IMG/VR virus record: IMGVR_UViG_3300038312_000113
Span: 1 to 35,175 of that record
Reading direction: 5' to 3' (one strand)
Length of the DNA stretch: 35,175 nt
From: a virus
Taxonomy: Duplodnaviria > Caudoviricetes
Shown here one piece after another: positions 1-8,210 of this stretch. Both the position numbers and the translations under genes were made by a program. Position 1 is the stretch's first letter. Each line of letters begins with the position of its first letter. The notes under the pieces were generated by a model, which was given only the letters and a program-made list of their open reading frames with translations, made no database searches and had not been told where the DNA came from.

Positions 1-99
1 CCCCGTTTGCGTATATGAGGAGGTGGCCCGGGAGTGACGACGATAAATATAAAGCAGGATGATACCCAGCCGGCCATGAAGGCGAGGCTCAAAGACGCC
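1..99. repeat. 99-bp terminal direct repeat, left copy (probable circular assembly overlap)
   Basis: Bases 1-99 are identical to 35077-35175. Confidence 0.95.
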
Positions 100-363
100 G
101 CTGGGAACCCTGTCAACCTCACAGGTGCAACCGTGCAGGTAGCAATACAGCTCTATAGCCAGCCAGTAATTAAGTTTTTACGGGCGGCTCATATACAAAA
201 TGCATCAACTGGTGAAGTCTGGCTAGTTTGGCAAGCTGAAGAAACTCAAACGACCGGATTATATCGAATTGAGTTTAGAGTAGTGTACCAGGACGGAAAT
301 CGGGAGACGTTCCCAAATGACGGTTACCTAATGGTGAATATCTTAGAAAGGATAGGTGTGTGA
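34..363 (+). CDS. BppU-like upper baseplate N-terminal domain protein
   Basis: GGAGG RBS, GTG start; sequence IKQDDTQP...VNLTGATV...GEV...GLYRIEFRVVYQDG..ETFP..GY resembles BppU_N-like tail proteins; tail-tip position. Confidence 0.6.
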   Translation: MTTINIKQDDTQPAMKARLKDAAGNPVNLTGATVQVAIQLYSQPVIKFLRAAHIQNASTGEVWLVWQAEETQTTGLYRIEFRVVYQDGNRETFPNDGYLMVNILERIGV

Positions 364-1259
364 GCGGTCAGTATACAGGAGATGCCGCAGATATAAACTC
401 GCTTGGGTTAATAAGGTTTCATCCAGACAATATCGGAGAAACGGTTAGTGTGACATACACATATGTAGACGCATATCAAGAAATTTGGGGCAGTGTGCAA
501 GATTTAAAAGAGGTGGGCGCATTAACAACAAAAGCTGTTTATCTTACAGGACGGCCTAATATGGCACCTCTTTCGGCGCATATGGCGGCAAAAGAAGATG
601 GTATTACGATATGCAGCAATCAATATTTTCCTACTTTTGAGGTTACAAATGACATAATGGGTGGAACAGCAAAAAAAATGCCTCTTAAAACTGGGACGAT
701 GTTAATGCACGAATGGATGGGTAGAGTAGATACTGCTTTTTTTCAGACTACGCAAGAAGATGCTTATGATAGTGTAACTCCAGGAATAATTAATAGTGCC
801 AAGGAATTATCTTTGCCTGTTGTGGGATATATACACGATTTTTTTGCATCGGAATATCACACTTCTGGAATTTGGAATAAAGCGGAAAGTATAGATTGGA
901 AGGGTTCAACAATAGGTGAAACTAGAGAAAATATATATGATTTTTATATGTATTTTCTTGGGTTACTTAATGCCGAAAATGTATATTGGATAACAAGATC
1001 TGAATATGAAAAACGGTATAACTATTTAAACAAGCACCTACAGTATCACGTAGAGGGCAACGAGGTGTATATTAAAAATACGGGCAATGAAGCCGTAAAA
1101 GGTATCACGTTCAAATTTGATACAAACACAACACCTAAAGGCGTACAGATGGGAAGAAAAGTTGATGTTGATTGGGTGTATGACGGAACAAACAAACGTG
1201 CAATAGCGTGGTTTGATTTGTTGCCTGGACAGAGTTTAACGCTTCAGATGATAAGTTAG
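360..1259 (+). CDS. AT-rich tail-region protein, possibly the C-terminal part of a polysaccharide deacetylase-like protein
   Basis: 299-aa ORF coupled by GTGA overlap; visibly lower GC than its neighbours; segments QEIWGS..L, VGYIHD and VYWIT..E suggest the end of a CE4-like barrel (tentative). Confidence 0.4.
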   Translation: MSGQYTGDAADINSLGLIRFHPDNIGETVSVTYTYVDAYQEIWGSVQDLKEVGALTTKAVYLTGRPNMAPLSAHMAAKEDGITICSNQYFPTFEVTNDIMGGTAKKMPLKTGTMLMHEWMGRVDTAFFQTTQEDAYDSVTPGIINSAKELSLPVVGYIHDFFASEYHTSGIWNKAESIDWKGSTIGETRENIYDFYMYFLGLLNAENVYWITRSEYEKRYNYLNKHLQYHVEGNEVYIKNTGNEAVKGITFKFDTNTTPKGVQMGRKVDVDWVYDGTNKRAIAWFDLLPGQSLTLQMIS

Positions 1260-1333
1260 TTATCGCGCTAACGGAATAGCGAGAGTTGATTAAGAAAGAT
1301 TCCACATTTTCCCTTGAAAGGGGGCTTTTGAAC

Positions 1334-1795
1334 ATGAAAGAAAACATCGGCGTCTCCGGCGCCTGGCTATTCGTCTGGCGCGGCAAAGACGGAAACATAC
1401 TGGAGACCCGGGAAGAACACAACCTCATAACACAAAGCGGCCTCAATTCGTTGTCCGCTCTTTTTATTGGAGAAATCCCACAGGAAAACGCTATATACCT
1501 TGCCATGGGAACCGGCGCCACGGGAGCCATCACCGGCGATAAAAAGCTAGCGGCTGAGGGATTTAGGAAGATTCTTACCAGCAAGACCCGGGAACTTAAC
1601 GAGGTCCGGCTGAGATTCTTTCTGCTCACCGGCGAGGCAAACGGTGAGTGGTCAGAGATGGGCGTATTCTTGGCCGGGACAGAGATGAAGGACAGCGGCC
1701 TGAACCTAAACCGGATTCTACCCCCCGGCGGCATCCGGAAGGCCAGTAACCAAACGCTGACGGTCGAAGTGCGAATCAAATTCCAGGGGGTGTAG
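1334..1795 (+). CDS. baseplate/tail-tip structural protein
   Basis: RBS GAAAGGGGG upstream of ATG 1334; motifs HNLITQSGLN, YLAMGTG and EMGVF are typical of phage tail-tip proteins. Confidence 0.55.
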   Translation: MKENIGVSGAWLFVWRGKDGNILETREEHNLITQSGLNSLSALFIGEIPQENAIYLAMGTGATGAITGDKKLAAEGFRKILTSKTRELNEVRLRFFLLTGEANGEWSEMGVFLAGTEMKDSGLNLNRILPPGGIRKASNQTLTVEVRIKFQGV

Positions 1796-1798
1796 ACA

Positions 1799-2533
1799 GT
1801 GACGTTGCATGCTTTTAAAGATGGATTGACAATTCTCAACCAGGCCAATCTAAATAGCCTGCTTGCCCTCCAGCCCTTCCAGCTTATATACGAGGGCGTT
1901 CAGAGGGATGTAAAAGAAGGTTCAGGAGTGGTCGAAAACAACATAGCCAACTACAGCTGCTGTACCCGGTTTACGCTCACCAGCAGTACAGAGATAGGAC
2001 GCATAGAGTTGGAGGTAGACAGGGACGGGCTTGGGGCTGACCTGATAGTTCAGATCAGAGAGGGTATGGATCCTATAACGGGGGATGACGGAGCATTGCT
2101 CAAACAGGTGGTAGTGCCAAAGGAGTTTTTACCGGAGGCCGCTGCCTATTGGAGTGTGCCGATCGGGCTATCTGGCCTGACCTCTGGCGGTCAATATTGG
2201 CTGGTGGTCGTACGAAATGGCGATGCGACAAACAAACTTGACTGGGTCGGAGAGGCTGCCCAGGATGCCAACTATCCGGCCTACTACAGGGCTGGAGAAA
2301 GCGGGGCTTGGACCTCAAATAATGCCCTGCACTTCAAAGTATTCAGCGGTGAATCTGGCGAACTGATACATGCCATATACGCCGGAACTGGCTACACGAC
2401 TGTGATCTACGACGGGGAAATCGTCAGCAAGGTGTATCGGTATCTGCCACCCGGGGATGGTCCGGACGGGGGTATCAGGGACGTTATAACCTATCACTGG
2501 TCAGGGGAGTACCTGAAAGGAGGGGCTTTATAG
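1799..2533 (+). CDS. putative tail-tip/fibre structural protein
   Basis: 244-aa beta-rich ORF with GGGGG RBS in the tail module. Confidence 0.5.
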   Translation: MTLHAFKDGLTILNQANLNSLLALQPFQLIYEGVQRDVKEGSGVVENNIANYSCCTRFTLTSSTEIGRIELEVDRDGLGADLIVQIREGMDPITGDDGALLKQVVVPKEFLPEAAAYWSVPIGLSGLTSGGQYWLVVVRNGDATNKLDWVGEAAQDANYPAYYRAGESGAWTSNNALHFKVFSGESGELIHAIYAGTGYTTVIYDGEIVSKVYRYLPPGDGPDGGIRDVITYHWSGEYLKGGAL

Positions 2534-2928
2534 TGTTTGGATTACCTGAAGCTCTTATGAGTTTTACTCGGCGGCAGGTGGGGCTGAGGACAGACGCGGC
2601 CAGCGCCACGGGGAGCCTGCATGCGAAAGTGGCGTATATTGCCGAAAAAGACATCGTTAAAAACGGCTCTGCGATAAAATCAATTCAGCGTGGCACTTTG
2701 GTTCTGTCTGGTTTAAGTGCTACTGCCTCTATATCTGAGGTTAATGTTAATAAAACTATGCTTAATCTTGTAGGGGCAAGTTCGAAATCCAAGTCAGTGT
2801 CAGGTACACCCGCAACAGGTCATCACTTTGTTAGGCTCGTATTAACAAGCGGAACAACAGTCAGTGCCACTCGCGAAGCATCTGACGCGGATGCAACTGT
2901 TAGTTATGAAGTTATAGAGTTTTATTAG
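2533..2928 (+). CDS. putative short tail fibre/receptor-binding protein
   Basis: IKSIQRG...V.YEVIEFY pattern recurs in Bacillota phage fibre-like proteins; last structural gene before lysis. Confidence 0.5.
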   Translation: MFGLPEALMSFTRRQVGLRTDAASATGSLHAKVAYIAEKDIVKNGSAIKSIQRGTLVLSGLSATASISEVNVNKTMLNLVGASSKSKSVSGTPATGHHFVRLVLTSGTTVSATREASDADATVSYEVIEFY

Positions 2929-2941
2929 GAGGTGGATAGAG

Positions 2942-3100
2942 ATGTACTATGCACAAATTGATAAAAACAGCATCTGCTATGCTGTGACTCAAACGGCGGG
3001 AGCTATCGAGCAGTCAGATATGATAGAGATTGCCAGTTTGGATGAATCGTTGCTGGGCAAAAAAAGAGTCGGCGATATATGGGAAGAACCGTCCGAATAG
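2942..3100 (+). CDS. small protein (52 aa, MYYAQIDKNSICYAV...), possible fibre chaperone; not in ORF track
   Basis: AGGAGGT RBS, ATG 2942, TAG 3098-3100; follows the fibre-like gene. Confidence 0.65.
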   Translation: MYYAQIDKNSICYAVTQTAGAIEQSDMIEIASLDESLLGKKRVGDIWEEPSE

Positions 3101-3114
3101 GGGCGGTATTTTTT
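3088..3114 (+). terminator. intrinsic terminator-like hairpin between tail and lysis genes
   Basis: ACCGTCC...GGGCGGT stem followed by ATTTTTT. Confidence 0.55.
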
Positions 3115-3132
3115 ATGGGGAGGGACGGTGGG

Positions 3133-3345
3133 ATGGACGAGCAGGAAAGAGTCGAAAACAGACTCAACGACCATGCAGGCCGTCTGCGTGCATTAGAAAC
3201 CGGCTTTGCCGCACAGGCTGTCATTGTGCAGGAATTGTGTAAAAAACTAGACAGTTTAATCAACTGGATAAAAGCGCTCCTCATGGCTTGGGGGACGGGG
3301 CTAGGGGCGTTTCTAATCTGGTATATCCAGAGTCTGCCGAGGTGA
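3133..3345 (+). CDS. XhlA-like (haemolysin/holin-like) lysis protein
   Basis: Coiled-coil N-terminus RLNDHAGRLRALE plus one C-terminal TM helix (GLGAFLIWYIQ); upstream of the lysin. Confidence 0.7.
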   Translation: MDEQERVENRLNDHAGRLRALETGFAAQAVIVQELCKKLDSLINWIKALLMAWGTGLGAFLIWYIQSLPR

Positions 3346-3349
3346 TGAA

Positions 3350-3787
3350 ATGTACAACTACGGGCTAACAGACATCGCCCTGGCCTTTATAGCAGTAGCT
3401 TTGCTCGCCGTCATGGTCGACCAGCTCACCCGGGTACTGGAGGCGGTCATGGAGCGGGTTCCGTACCTACCAGACCAATTTGAGCTTCCTATAGCCTACA
3501 TAATCCTGGTGGGTATCGCCTCTGCCGTATGCTGGCAGGGGCATTTTGATTTATTCAAGCTATTGGGCTTTGATTGGCAGTACAAGGAGTTAGGCTGGCT
3601 ATTGACCGGATGCATCATCGCGGGAGGTAGCTCGCTGCTGGGTAAGCAATTCCGGATGGTGGGGCTCATCCCTGGCATTATCAGTGGGGTAGCGAGCATG
3701 TTCGGCTATGGCGGCAGTACGGATATTGGAAGCGCAACTACCGCAACACCAGTTGAACCAGAACAAAATCAGAAAGGAAGTGAGTAA
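3350..3787 (+). CDS. multi-pass membrane protein, putative holin
   Basis: 3-4 hydrophobic segments, LLTG.IIAGGS motif; directly before the amidase. Confidence 0.6.
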   Translation: MYNYGLTDIALAFIAVALLAVMVDQLTRVLEAVMERVPYLPDQFELPIAYIILVGIASAVCWQGHFDLFKLLGFDWQYKELGWLLTGCIIAGGSSLLGKQFRMVGLIPGIISGVASMFGYGGSTDIGSATTATPVEPEQNQKGSE

Positions 3788-3789
3788 AC

Positions 3790-4539
3790 ATGGCAATTAT
3801 TTGGAGTCCTTCGCCAAATTTTTCAAGCCGCAGGGGTAGAGCGCCTACTGCGATCGTGAATCATATTACCGCTGGCAATTTCCCGGGCTGTCTGAGTTGG
3901 ATGAAGAATCCGGCGGCCCAAGCTTCTGCCCATTATCTGGTGACACGGGCGGGAGAAATCTATCAGCTGGTGGCAGATGAGAATGCCGCCTGGCACGCAG
4001 GCATTGTAAATAAGCCCAACTGGTCCTTATATGATGGAACAAATCCCAATCGCTATACCATCGGAATAGAACACGAGAATTTAGGCGGTGGCCAACTGAC
4101 CGAAGCCCAATACCAAGCTACGTTATGGTTGCACAAGCAATTGATAGCAAAATATAAGATTCCCGCGGACGCCGATCATATTATAGGGCACTATCGAATT
4201 GACAGCGTTAATCGTCCCAATTGCCCAGGGGCCAGCTTTCCATGGCAGAGACTATTTGCTGACTTGACTCAACCGGCTGTTAATATTAAAATCGGCGAGC
4301 AAGTTTTCCAGGGCATCATTGTCGAGAACCGCAGTTATGCACCGGTAAAGGCAGTCATGATAGCTTTAAGATCACAGTACGGATGGGATGCGAACACTAA
4401 CTCTGTTATCGTCGGGGCCAATAAAATTCCAGTAGTCATTCAAAATGGCAACGGCTATGCGAAAATTAATGAACTAGCAGCGGCTATCGGCCGTAAGGTT
4501 GTATGGGACGGGCCTAGTAATACGGCGACAATAGTATAA
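3790..4539 (+). CDS. endolysin, N-acetylmuramoyl-L-alanine amidase (Amidase_2) with C-terminal cell-binding domain
   Basis: IVNHIT, ASAHYLV, AWHAG, IGIEHE, IIGH and NCPG motifs; C-terminal copper-amine-oxidase-N-like repeats (WDANTNSV, WDGPSNTA). Confidence 0.9.
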   Translation: MAIIWSPSPNFSSRRGRAPTAIVNHITAGNFPGCLSWMKNPAAQASAHYLVTRAGEIYQLVADENAAWHAGIVNKPNWSLYDGTNPNRYTIGIEHENLGGGQLTEAQYQATLWLHKQLIAKYKIPADADHIIGHYRIDSVNRPNCPGASFPWQRLFADLTQPAVNIKIGEQVFQGIIVENRSYAPVKAVMIALRSQYGWDANTNSVIVGANKIPVVIQNGNGYAKINELAAAIGRKVVWDGPSNTATIV

Positions 4540-4552
4540 GGAGGTAGATATT

Positions 4553-4840
4553 GTGGAAGCTATTGGATTACTAGCTTTGGAATCTCTGTTTTACGGGGTG
4601 CTCATAACCCTGGGGCTTTTCTTGGTTGGCTTAATTCGCAAGTACAGCATGCAAGAAGAGGTGGTAACTTTGGTGGCGGCGGCTGAGATGGTTTTTATAG
4701 GCGAGGGTAAAGGCAAAGAGAAAAAGGAATGGGTATTAAATCAACTGGTCAAGAAATTCCCGTTTTTGAAAAAAGAGAAGTTAGATACCATTATAGAGAG
4801 ATTTGTGTATCAGATAACTAATAAAAGAGGTCAGGTTTAA
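4553..4840 (+). CDS. holin-like protein (LL-H-like)
   Basis: N-terminal TM; V.AAE....GEGKGKEKKEWV...IE..V pattern. Confidence 0.6.
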   Translation: MEAIGLLALESLFYGVLITLGLFLVGLIRKYSMQEEVVTLVAAAEMVFIGEGKGKEKKEWVLNQLVKKFPFLKKEKLDTIIERFVYQITNKRGQV

Positions 4841-4844
4841 TGGC

Positions 4845-4867
4845 AAAAGCCGGGGTTAGTCCCCGGC
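4845..4867 (-). terminator. terminator at the convergence of lysis and leftward genes
   Basis: GCCGGGG-ttagt-CCCCGGC stem with AAAA on the left (U tract on minus strand). Confidence 0.6.
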
Positions 4868-5023
4868 CAGTGCTTTCAATCTAATATACTCAGCTACGCT
4901 TACGCCTGCCTTGGCTGCTCTCCTCTGTAATTCCTGCCACTCCTGGTCTGACATTTTGATGCTACGGGGCTTACGCTTTTGATCTTCGGTCATGGCCGGA
5001 CGGCCGACTGATTTTTTATCCAT
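4856..5023 (-). CDS. ribbon-helix-helix (CopG/MobC-like) DNA-binding protein
   Basis: GRP basic arm, RSIKMSDQEWQELQRRAAKAGVSVAEYIR; GGGAGG RBS. Confidence 0.7.
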   Translation of the reverse strand: MDKKSVGRPAMTEDQKRKPRSIKMSDQEWQELQRRAAKAGVSVAEYIRLKALAGD

Positions 5024-5025
5024 AT

Positions 5026-5304
5026 CTATCCCTCCCACGCCATCGAAAAATCACGGATTTTTTCTTCAACATAATCCCAATCATTCGGTAGGACTTCAAA
5101 GAAATTGCCAGGAAACTCTTCTTTTTCGTAAGTGCCGTGAAAATAAAGTTCTTCATCTTCACTGTGGCGAATTTCTACCTCGATACATTCACCATACACT
5201 ACATTTCTTTCATGGTTTGTTATTTTAACCATGAATTCGCCTTCGTTCAGGCTGTCCGCAAAAGTGGTGTTTAACAATACATTGGATTCATTTAGATTAG
5301 TCAT
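5026..5304 (-). CDS. hypothetical acidic protein
   Basis: AGGGAGG RBS before ATG 5304. Confidence 0.6.
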   Translation of the reverse strand: MTNLNESNVLLNTTFADSLNEGEFMVKITNHERNVVYGECIEVEIRHSEDEELYFHGTYEKEEFPGNFFEVLPNDWDYVEEKIRDFSMAWEG

Positions 5305-5367
5305 TCTCAATTCCTCCCTTTCTTGCCCCGCTCTTTTTCGAGCTGCCGGGCGTCCTGCTTTTTTCAT

Positions 5368-5547
5368 TTACATGTTCCTCCTATACCAATTTTTTAGGGC
5401 TTCTTCTGCATAGTATTCATCATAGTCTTTTTGTTTTTCCTGCAACATCAGCACTTCTTGTTTTTCTTCTTCCGTAAAGTTATCCTGGTCCCAGGCTGCT
5501 TTGAAAATTAATCCATGGAGTCTATCCTGCAATTCGCTGTAAGTCAT
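5368..5547 (-). CDS. hypothetical protein
   Basis: GAAAGGGG RBS before ATG 5547; first gene behind the promoter at 5574-5602. Confidence 0.55.
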   Translation of the reverse strand: MTYSELQDRLHGLIFKAAWDQDNFTEEEKQEVLMLQEKQKDYDEYYAEEALKNWYRRNM

Positions 5548-5573
5548 TCGCGTCAACCCCTTTCTTTAGTATA

Positions 5574-5602
5574 AGTATATACCCTAATTAATTAAAAAGC
5601 AA
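5574..5602 (-). promoter_or_regulatory. sigma-A-type promoter for the leftward three-gene operon
   Basis: Minus strand TTGCTT-17 nt-TATACT with AT-rich upstream sequence. Confidence 0.7.
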
Positions 5603-5622
5603 TACCTAAAATAAAAATAATT

Positions 5623-5648
5623 AAAAAAAAGCCGGGATTTCTCCCGGT
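5623..5648 (-). terminator. intrinsic terminator of the FxLYD gene
   Basis: Minus strand ACCGGGA-gaaa-TCCCGGC followed by T8. Confidence 0.75.
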
Positions 5649-5661
5649 CTGGTTTGGTTAT

Positions 5662-6084
5662 CTAAAATCCTGACACATCTTTGATTTTGTAGTTACCAAA
5701 CTCTTCTAAGGTTATCGCTTTAAATTTCCAGGTCCCGTTAGGCTCGAGGTTGTTGGCGTTGGCAAGAGTACTACCAACCTGGGCGCCGGAATCATCATAT
5801 AAGTTGATTTCGACCTGGACATAGGTATATTGTTTGCTTGTATTGTTTTTTACAACACCAACAATGTTCGTACTATAGGTTTCCTTCTGTACGCTATGTT
5901 CCACTACCTCCAGGTCAGGAGCTTTAGCTTTGTCTGATACTGTCGGGGTAGACGCTCCGTCCTTTGTTCCGGCTCCCTGGTCCTTGTTATTGCTACCGGA
6001 TGCTGCCCAGGCGATCAGCACTACGATCGCCAATCCCCAGAACCACCAGCGCTTGTAGATTGGTTTTTTACCTCCTTCACTCAT
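5662..6084 (-). CDS. membrane-anchored FxLYD-domain protein (moron; possible superinfection-exclusion or surface protein)
   Basis: KKPIYKRWWFW TM anchor, low-complexity linker, G.VKN....YVQVEINLYDDSGAQVG...NLEP..TWKF; GGAGGT RBS before ATG 6084. Confidence 0.75.
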   Translation of the reverse strand: MSEGGKKPIYKRWWFWGLAIVVLIAWAASGSNNKDQGAGTKDGASTPTVSDKAKAPDLEVVEHSVQKETYSTNIVGVVKNNTSKQYTYVQVEINLYDDSGAQVGSTLANANNLEPNGTWKFKAITLEEFGNYKIKDVSGF

Positions 6085-6099
6085 AAAAAATACCTCCTT

Positions 6100-6250
6100 T
6101 GACGTAAATACAAGTACAGCAGAGTATATGGAATAAATTCTTAAATTTCGACCTTTTATGACGTAAATAAACGGTATTTGACTGTTGTCTATGCCTGTGT
6201 TTATGACGTAAAATAACGACATAAACATAAATTGACGTAATTAAACGTCA
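6100..6250. promoter_or_regulatory. array of four TGACGT-N6-ACGTCA-like operators in the divergent intergenic region
   Basis: Copies start at 6100, 6159, 6204 and 6233; right arms AAGTAC, ACGGTA, ACGACA and ACGTCA. Confidence 0.7.
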
Positions 6251-6267
6251 TAAAAGAGGTGATTTTC

Positions 6268-6498
6268 GTGGAAATAAAGCTAAATACCTACCCCTGGAAT
6301 CAGCGACTAAAAATGCTGAGAGTGTTAAAAGGTTGGTCTCAGCAAGATGCGGCGGAAGCATGCAATGTAGGGCAAAAGGTGTACTGGAGCTGGGAGATCG
6401 GCAAAAGATACCCTCAAAAAAATAGCAGAATATCGATATCTAAAGCGTTTGGAGTATCGGAAGATGAAATCTTCACGGTCAACAAACAAATTATTTAG
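6268..6498 (+). CDS. XRE/Cro-like HTH transcriptional regulator
   Basis: RLKMLRVLKGWSQQDAAEACNV...WEIGKRYP...ISKAFGVSEDEIF. Confidence 0.85.
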   Translation: MEIKLNTYPWNQRLKMLRVLKGWSQQDAAEACNVGQKVYWSWEIGKRYPQKNSRISISKAFGVSEDEIFTVNKQII

Positions 6499-6514
6499 AG
6501 AGGAGGACAAGCCC

Positions 6515-6745
6515 ATGGCTCGCCACATGCTGGAAGCCCAAGAGGCCGCCGACTATTTGAAAGTTTCATACTGGACCCTTCTTGAAAAGGCAAAGAAAGA
6601 AGTCGTTCCTTGCGTTAGAGTTGGCCGCCGGGTTCTGTTTAGCCAGGAAGGACTGGACGCCTGGATCGCAGATCAAGAGGCCGAGAGTATTGGCCAAAAA
6701 GAAAAACCCGCTCAGTACGGGGTACTAAGAAAAATCAAAGGTTAG
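6515..6745 (+). CDS. excisionase-like HTH (HTH_17) DNA-binding protein
   Basis: L.AQEAADYLKVSYWTL.......VPCVRVGRRVLF....LDAWI; GAGGAGG RBS. Confidence 0.8.
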   Translation: MARHMLEAQEAADYLKVSYWTLLEKAKKEVVPCVRVGRRVLFSQEGLDAWIADQEAESIGQKEKPAQYGVLRKIKG

Positions 6746-6756
6746 GAGGTAAAAAC

Positions 6757-6942
6757 GTGAAAAGTGAGTGGAGAGTGACGAGTAACATTATTGATGGTCA
6801 AAAGATGTATGCAGTCTACCGCCTGATAGACGCGCAGAAAACAGACCACTCCGGCAATCGTGAGTATGCCGGCGGCTATACCCCAAACCGAGAAGCAGCC
6901 CTGGTACTTGCCCAGAACTTGAACAAAGGGGAGGTGAAATAG
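6757..6942 (+). CDS. hypothetical early protein
   Basis: AGGAGGT RBS, GTG start. Confidence 0.6.
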   Translation: MKSEWRVTSNIIDGQKMYAVYRLIDAQKTDHSGNREYAGGYTPNREAALVLAQNLNKGEVK

Positions 6943-6944
6943 GC

Positions 6945-7127
6945 GTGAAGATCGTTACGGAAGATTTAAGAGGTTGTATGGGCAGAAGTGCAGGTACTCC
7001 TGATTTCAGATACTACGTGATTGGAGAACCCATAAACGAAACCGGGATATGCTTTCAGTTCGATTCAAAAGCGGACGCGGAAGCATTTTTAGCCGCAAAT
7101 CTAAAAGAGGGAGGATATGCCACATGA
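6945..7127 (+). CDS. hypothetical early protein
   Basis: GGAGGTG RBS; ATGA coupling to the next gene. Confidence 0.55.
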   Translation: MKIVTEDLRGCMGRSAGTPDFRYYVIGEPINETGICFQFDSKADAEAFLAANLKEGGYAT

Positions 7128-7525
7128 AATGGACCGATGAACAAATAGAGACCCTTAGAAAGCTCTGTTTTGAAGACAAATCCAACGCGGAAATAGCCAT
7201 CACCCTCCAGCGCACCAAATCGGAAATCTATGCGAAACGCTCCCAGTTGGGCATCACCCGGGATAAGGTCAAAGCCGCGAAATCCCAGGATACGCAACAG
7301 AAATATATAGACAACCGGCCGGAGCTAAAGGCCAGGCTCAGAAAAGATTATAACCTTCCAGAGGATCCGGTTGTCGAAGCCATATTGGAAGCGGTTGTAT
7401 CCATGGTGGGCCAAGGCTACATGGAAATGGTGCCAGTGATGGAAAAATACAACGATCTAGTTTGCCGCTGGTGCGGGAGACTACATTACCGGGATGTGTG
7501 CGAGGAGCATTTGAGAGCGAGGTGA
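7124..7525 (+). CDS. HTH (GcrA/Myb-like N-terminus) protein with C-terminal Cys/His cluster
   Basis: MKWTDEQIETLRKL...SNAEIAITLQRT..EIYAK...LG; C-terminal CRWCG..H...VC. Confidence 0.6.
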   Translation: MKWTDEQIETLRKLCFEDKSNAEIAITLQRTKSEIYAKRSQLGITRDKVKAAKSQDTQQKYIDNRPELKARLRKDYNLPEDPVVEAILEAVVSMVGQGYMEMVPVMEKYNDLVCRWCGRLHYRDVCEEHLRAR

Positions 7526-7530
7526 CCGCC

Positions 7531-7758
7531 GTGCCTCGGAAACGTCGTAAGCGCAAACACCCAGACCGCTATCGGGGCGGTACGGTGATCGTCAATAAAA
7601 GGGATTATACCCGGCACGATTATATTAGCCCAGGGCGTCTAGTAGCCTGGGCTGAGTGGATACCAACTAAGGAGGTACAGAGAATTGGAATGGGAAGTAA
7701 GGTACCGGAATTATCGGAGAGCCAGAAGAAGCGTTCGTACAGTGAAAGTCCGTGCTGA
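7531..7758 (+). CDS. hypothetical basic protein
   Basis: GAGGTG RBS before GTG 7531. Confidence 0.4.
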   Translation: MPRKRRKRKHPDRYRGGTVIVNKRDYTRHDYISPGRLVAWAEWIPTKEVQRIGMGSKVPELSESQKKRSYSESPC

Positions 7759-7846
7759 TACCGCATTACAAGCTGCCGCCAAAGTTGCTCTTGGAATTTG
7801 GAAATATCCGTTTCATATCATTTCGGTTTTCTCAGTAAGGAGGTAA
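7685..7846 (+). CDS. hypothetical 53-aa protein (MEWEVRYRNY...); not in ORF track
   Basis: AAGGAGGT RBS before TTG 7685; TAA 7844-7846 next to the RBS of the following gene. Confidence 0.5.
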   Translation: MEWEVRYRNYRRARRSVRTVKVRADTALQAAAKVALGIWKYPFHIISVFSVRR

Positions 7847-7850
7847 TGCA

Positions 7851-8210
7851 GTGGGTAATGTTGTCAACATGAAAAGGCAGACCGGGGATCCCAGCCAAGA
7901 GATCCAAGAAGGCCTGGAGGAATATGAGGAAATTAGGCTTTCCAGCTTCGAACAGGAGGAATTGACGGCCGACCAAGTCCGGGCACGATTCAACCAAAAG
8001 CGTCGGCCCTGGGACCCTGTTTGGGGTGGTAGGTGCCCGTATGAGATATCTGAGGATGAAAAGCGAGCTATGGCCAGGCGTAGCATGGAAGAAGCGAAAA
8101 AACCGGCCCTGATTGACCGCCTGATGCCCTGCATATTGATTATAGGCTTTTTCGGCTTCATTTATCTCTGTGTTTGGCTAGGGTACCTGCTGATGGGGGT
8201 GGCGGATTGA
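7851..8210 (+). CDS. hypothetical protein with C-terminal TM helix
   Basis: AAGGAGGT RBS; hydrophobic C-terminus. Confidence 0.55.
   Translation: MGNVVNMKRQTGDPSQEIQEGLEEYEEIRLSSFEQEELTADQVRARFNQKRRPWDPVWGGRCPYEISEDEKRAMARRSMEEAKKPALIDRLMPCILIIGFFGFIYLCVWLGYLLMGVAD

Noticed and set aside
1799-2928. Diversity-generating retroelement or invertible tail-fibre cassette
   Set aside because: No reverse transcriptase, invertase, template/variable repeat pair or flanking inverted repeats seen.
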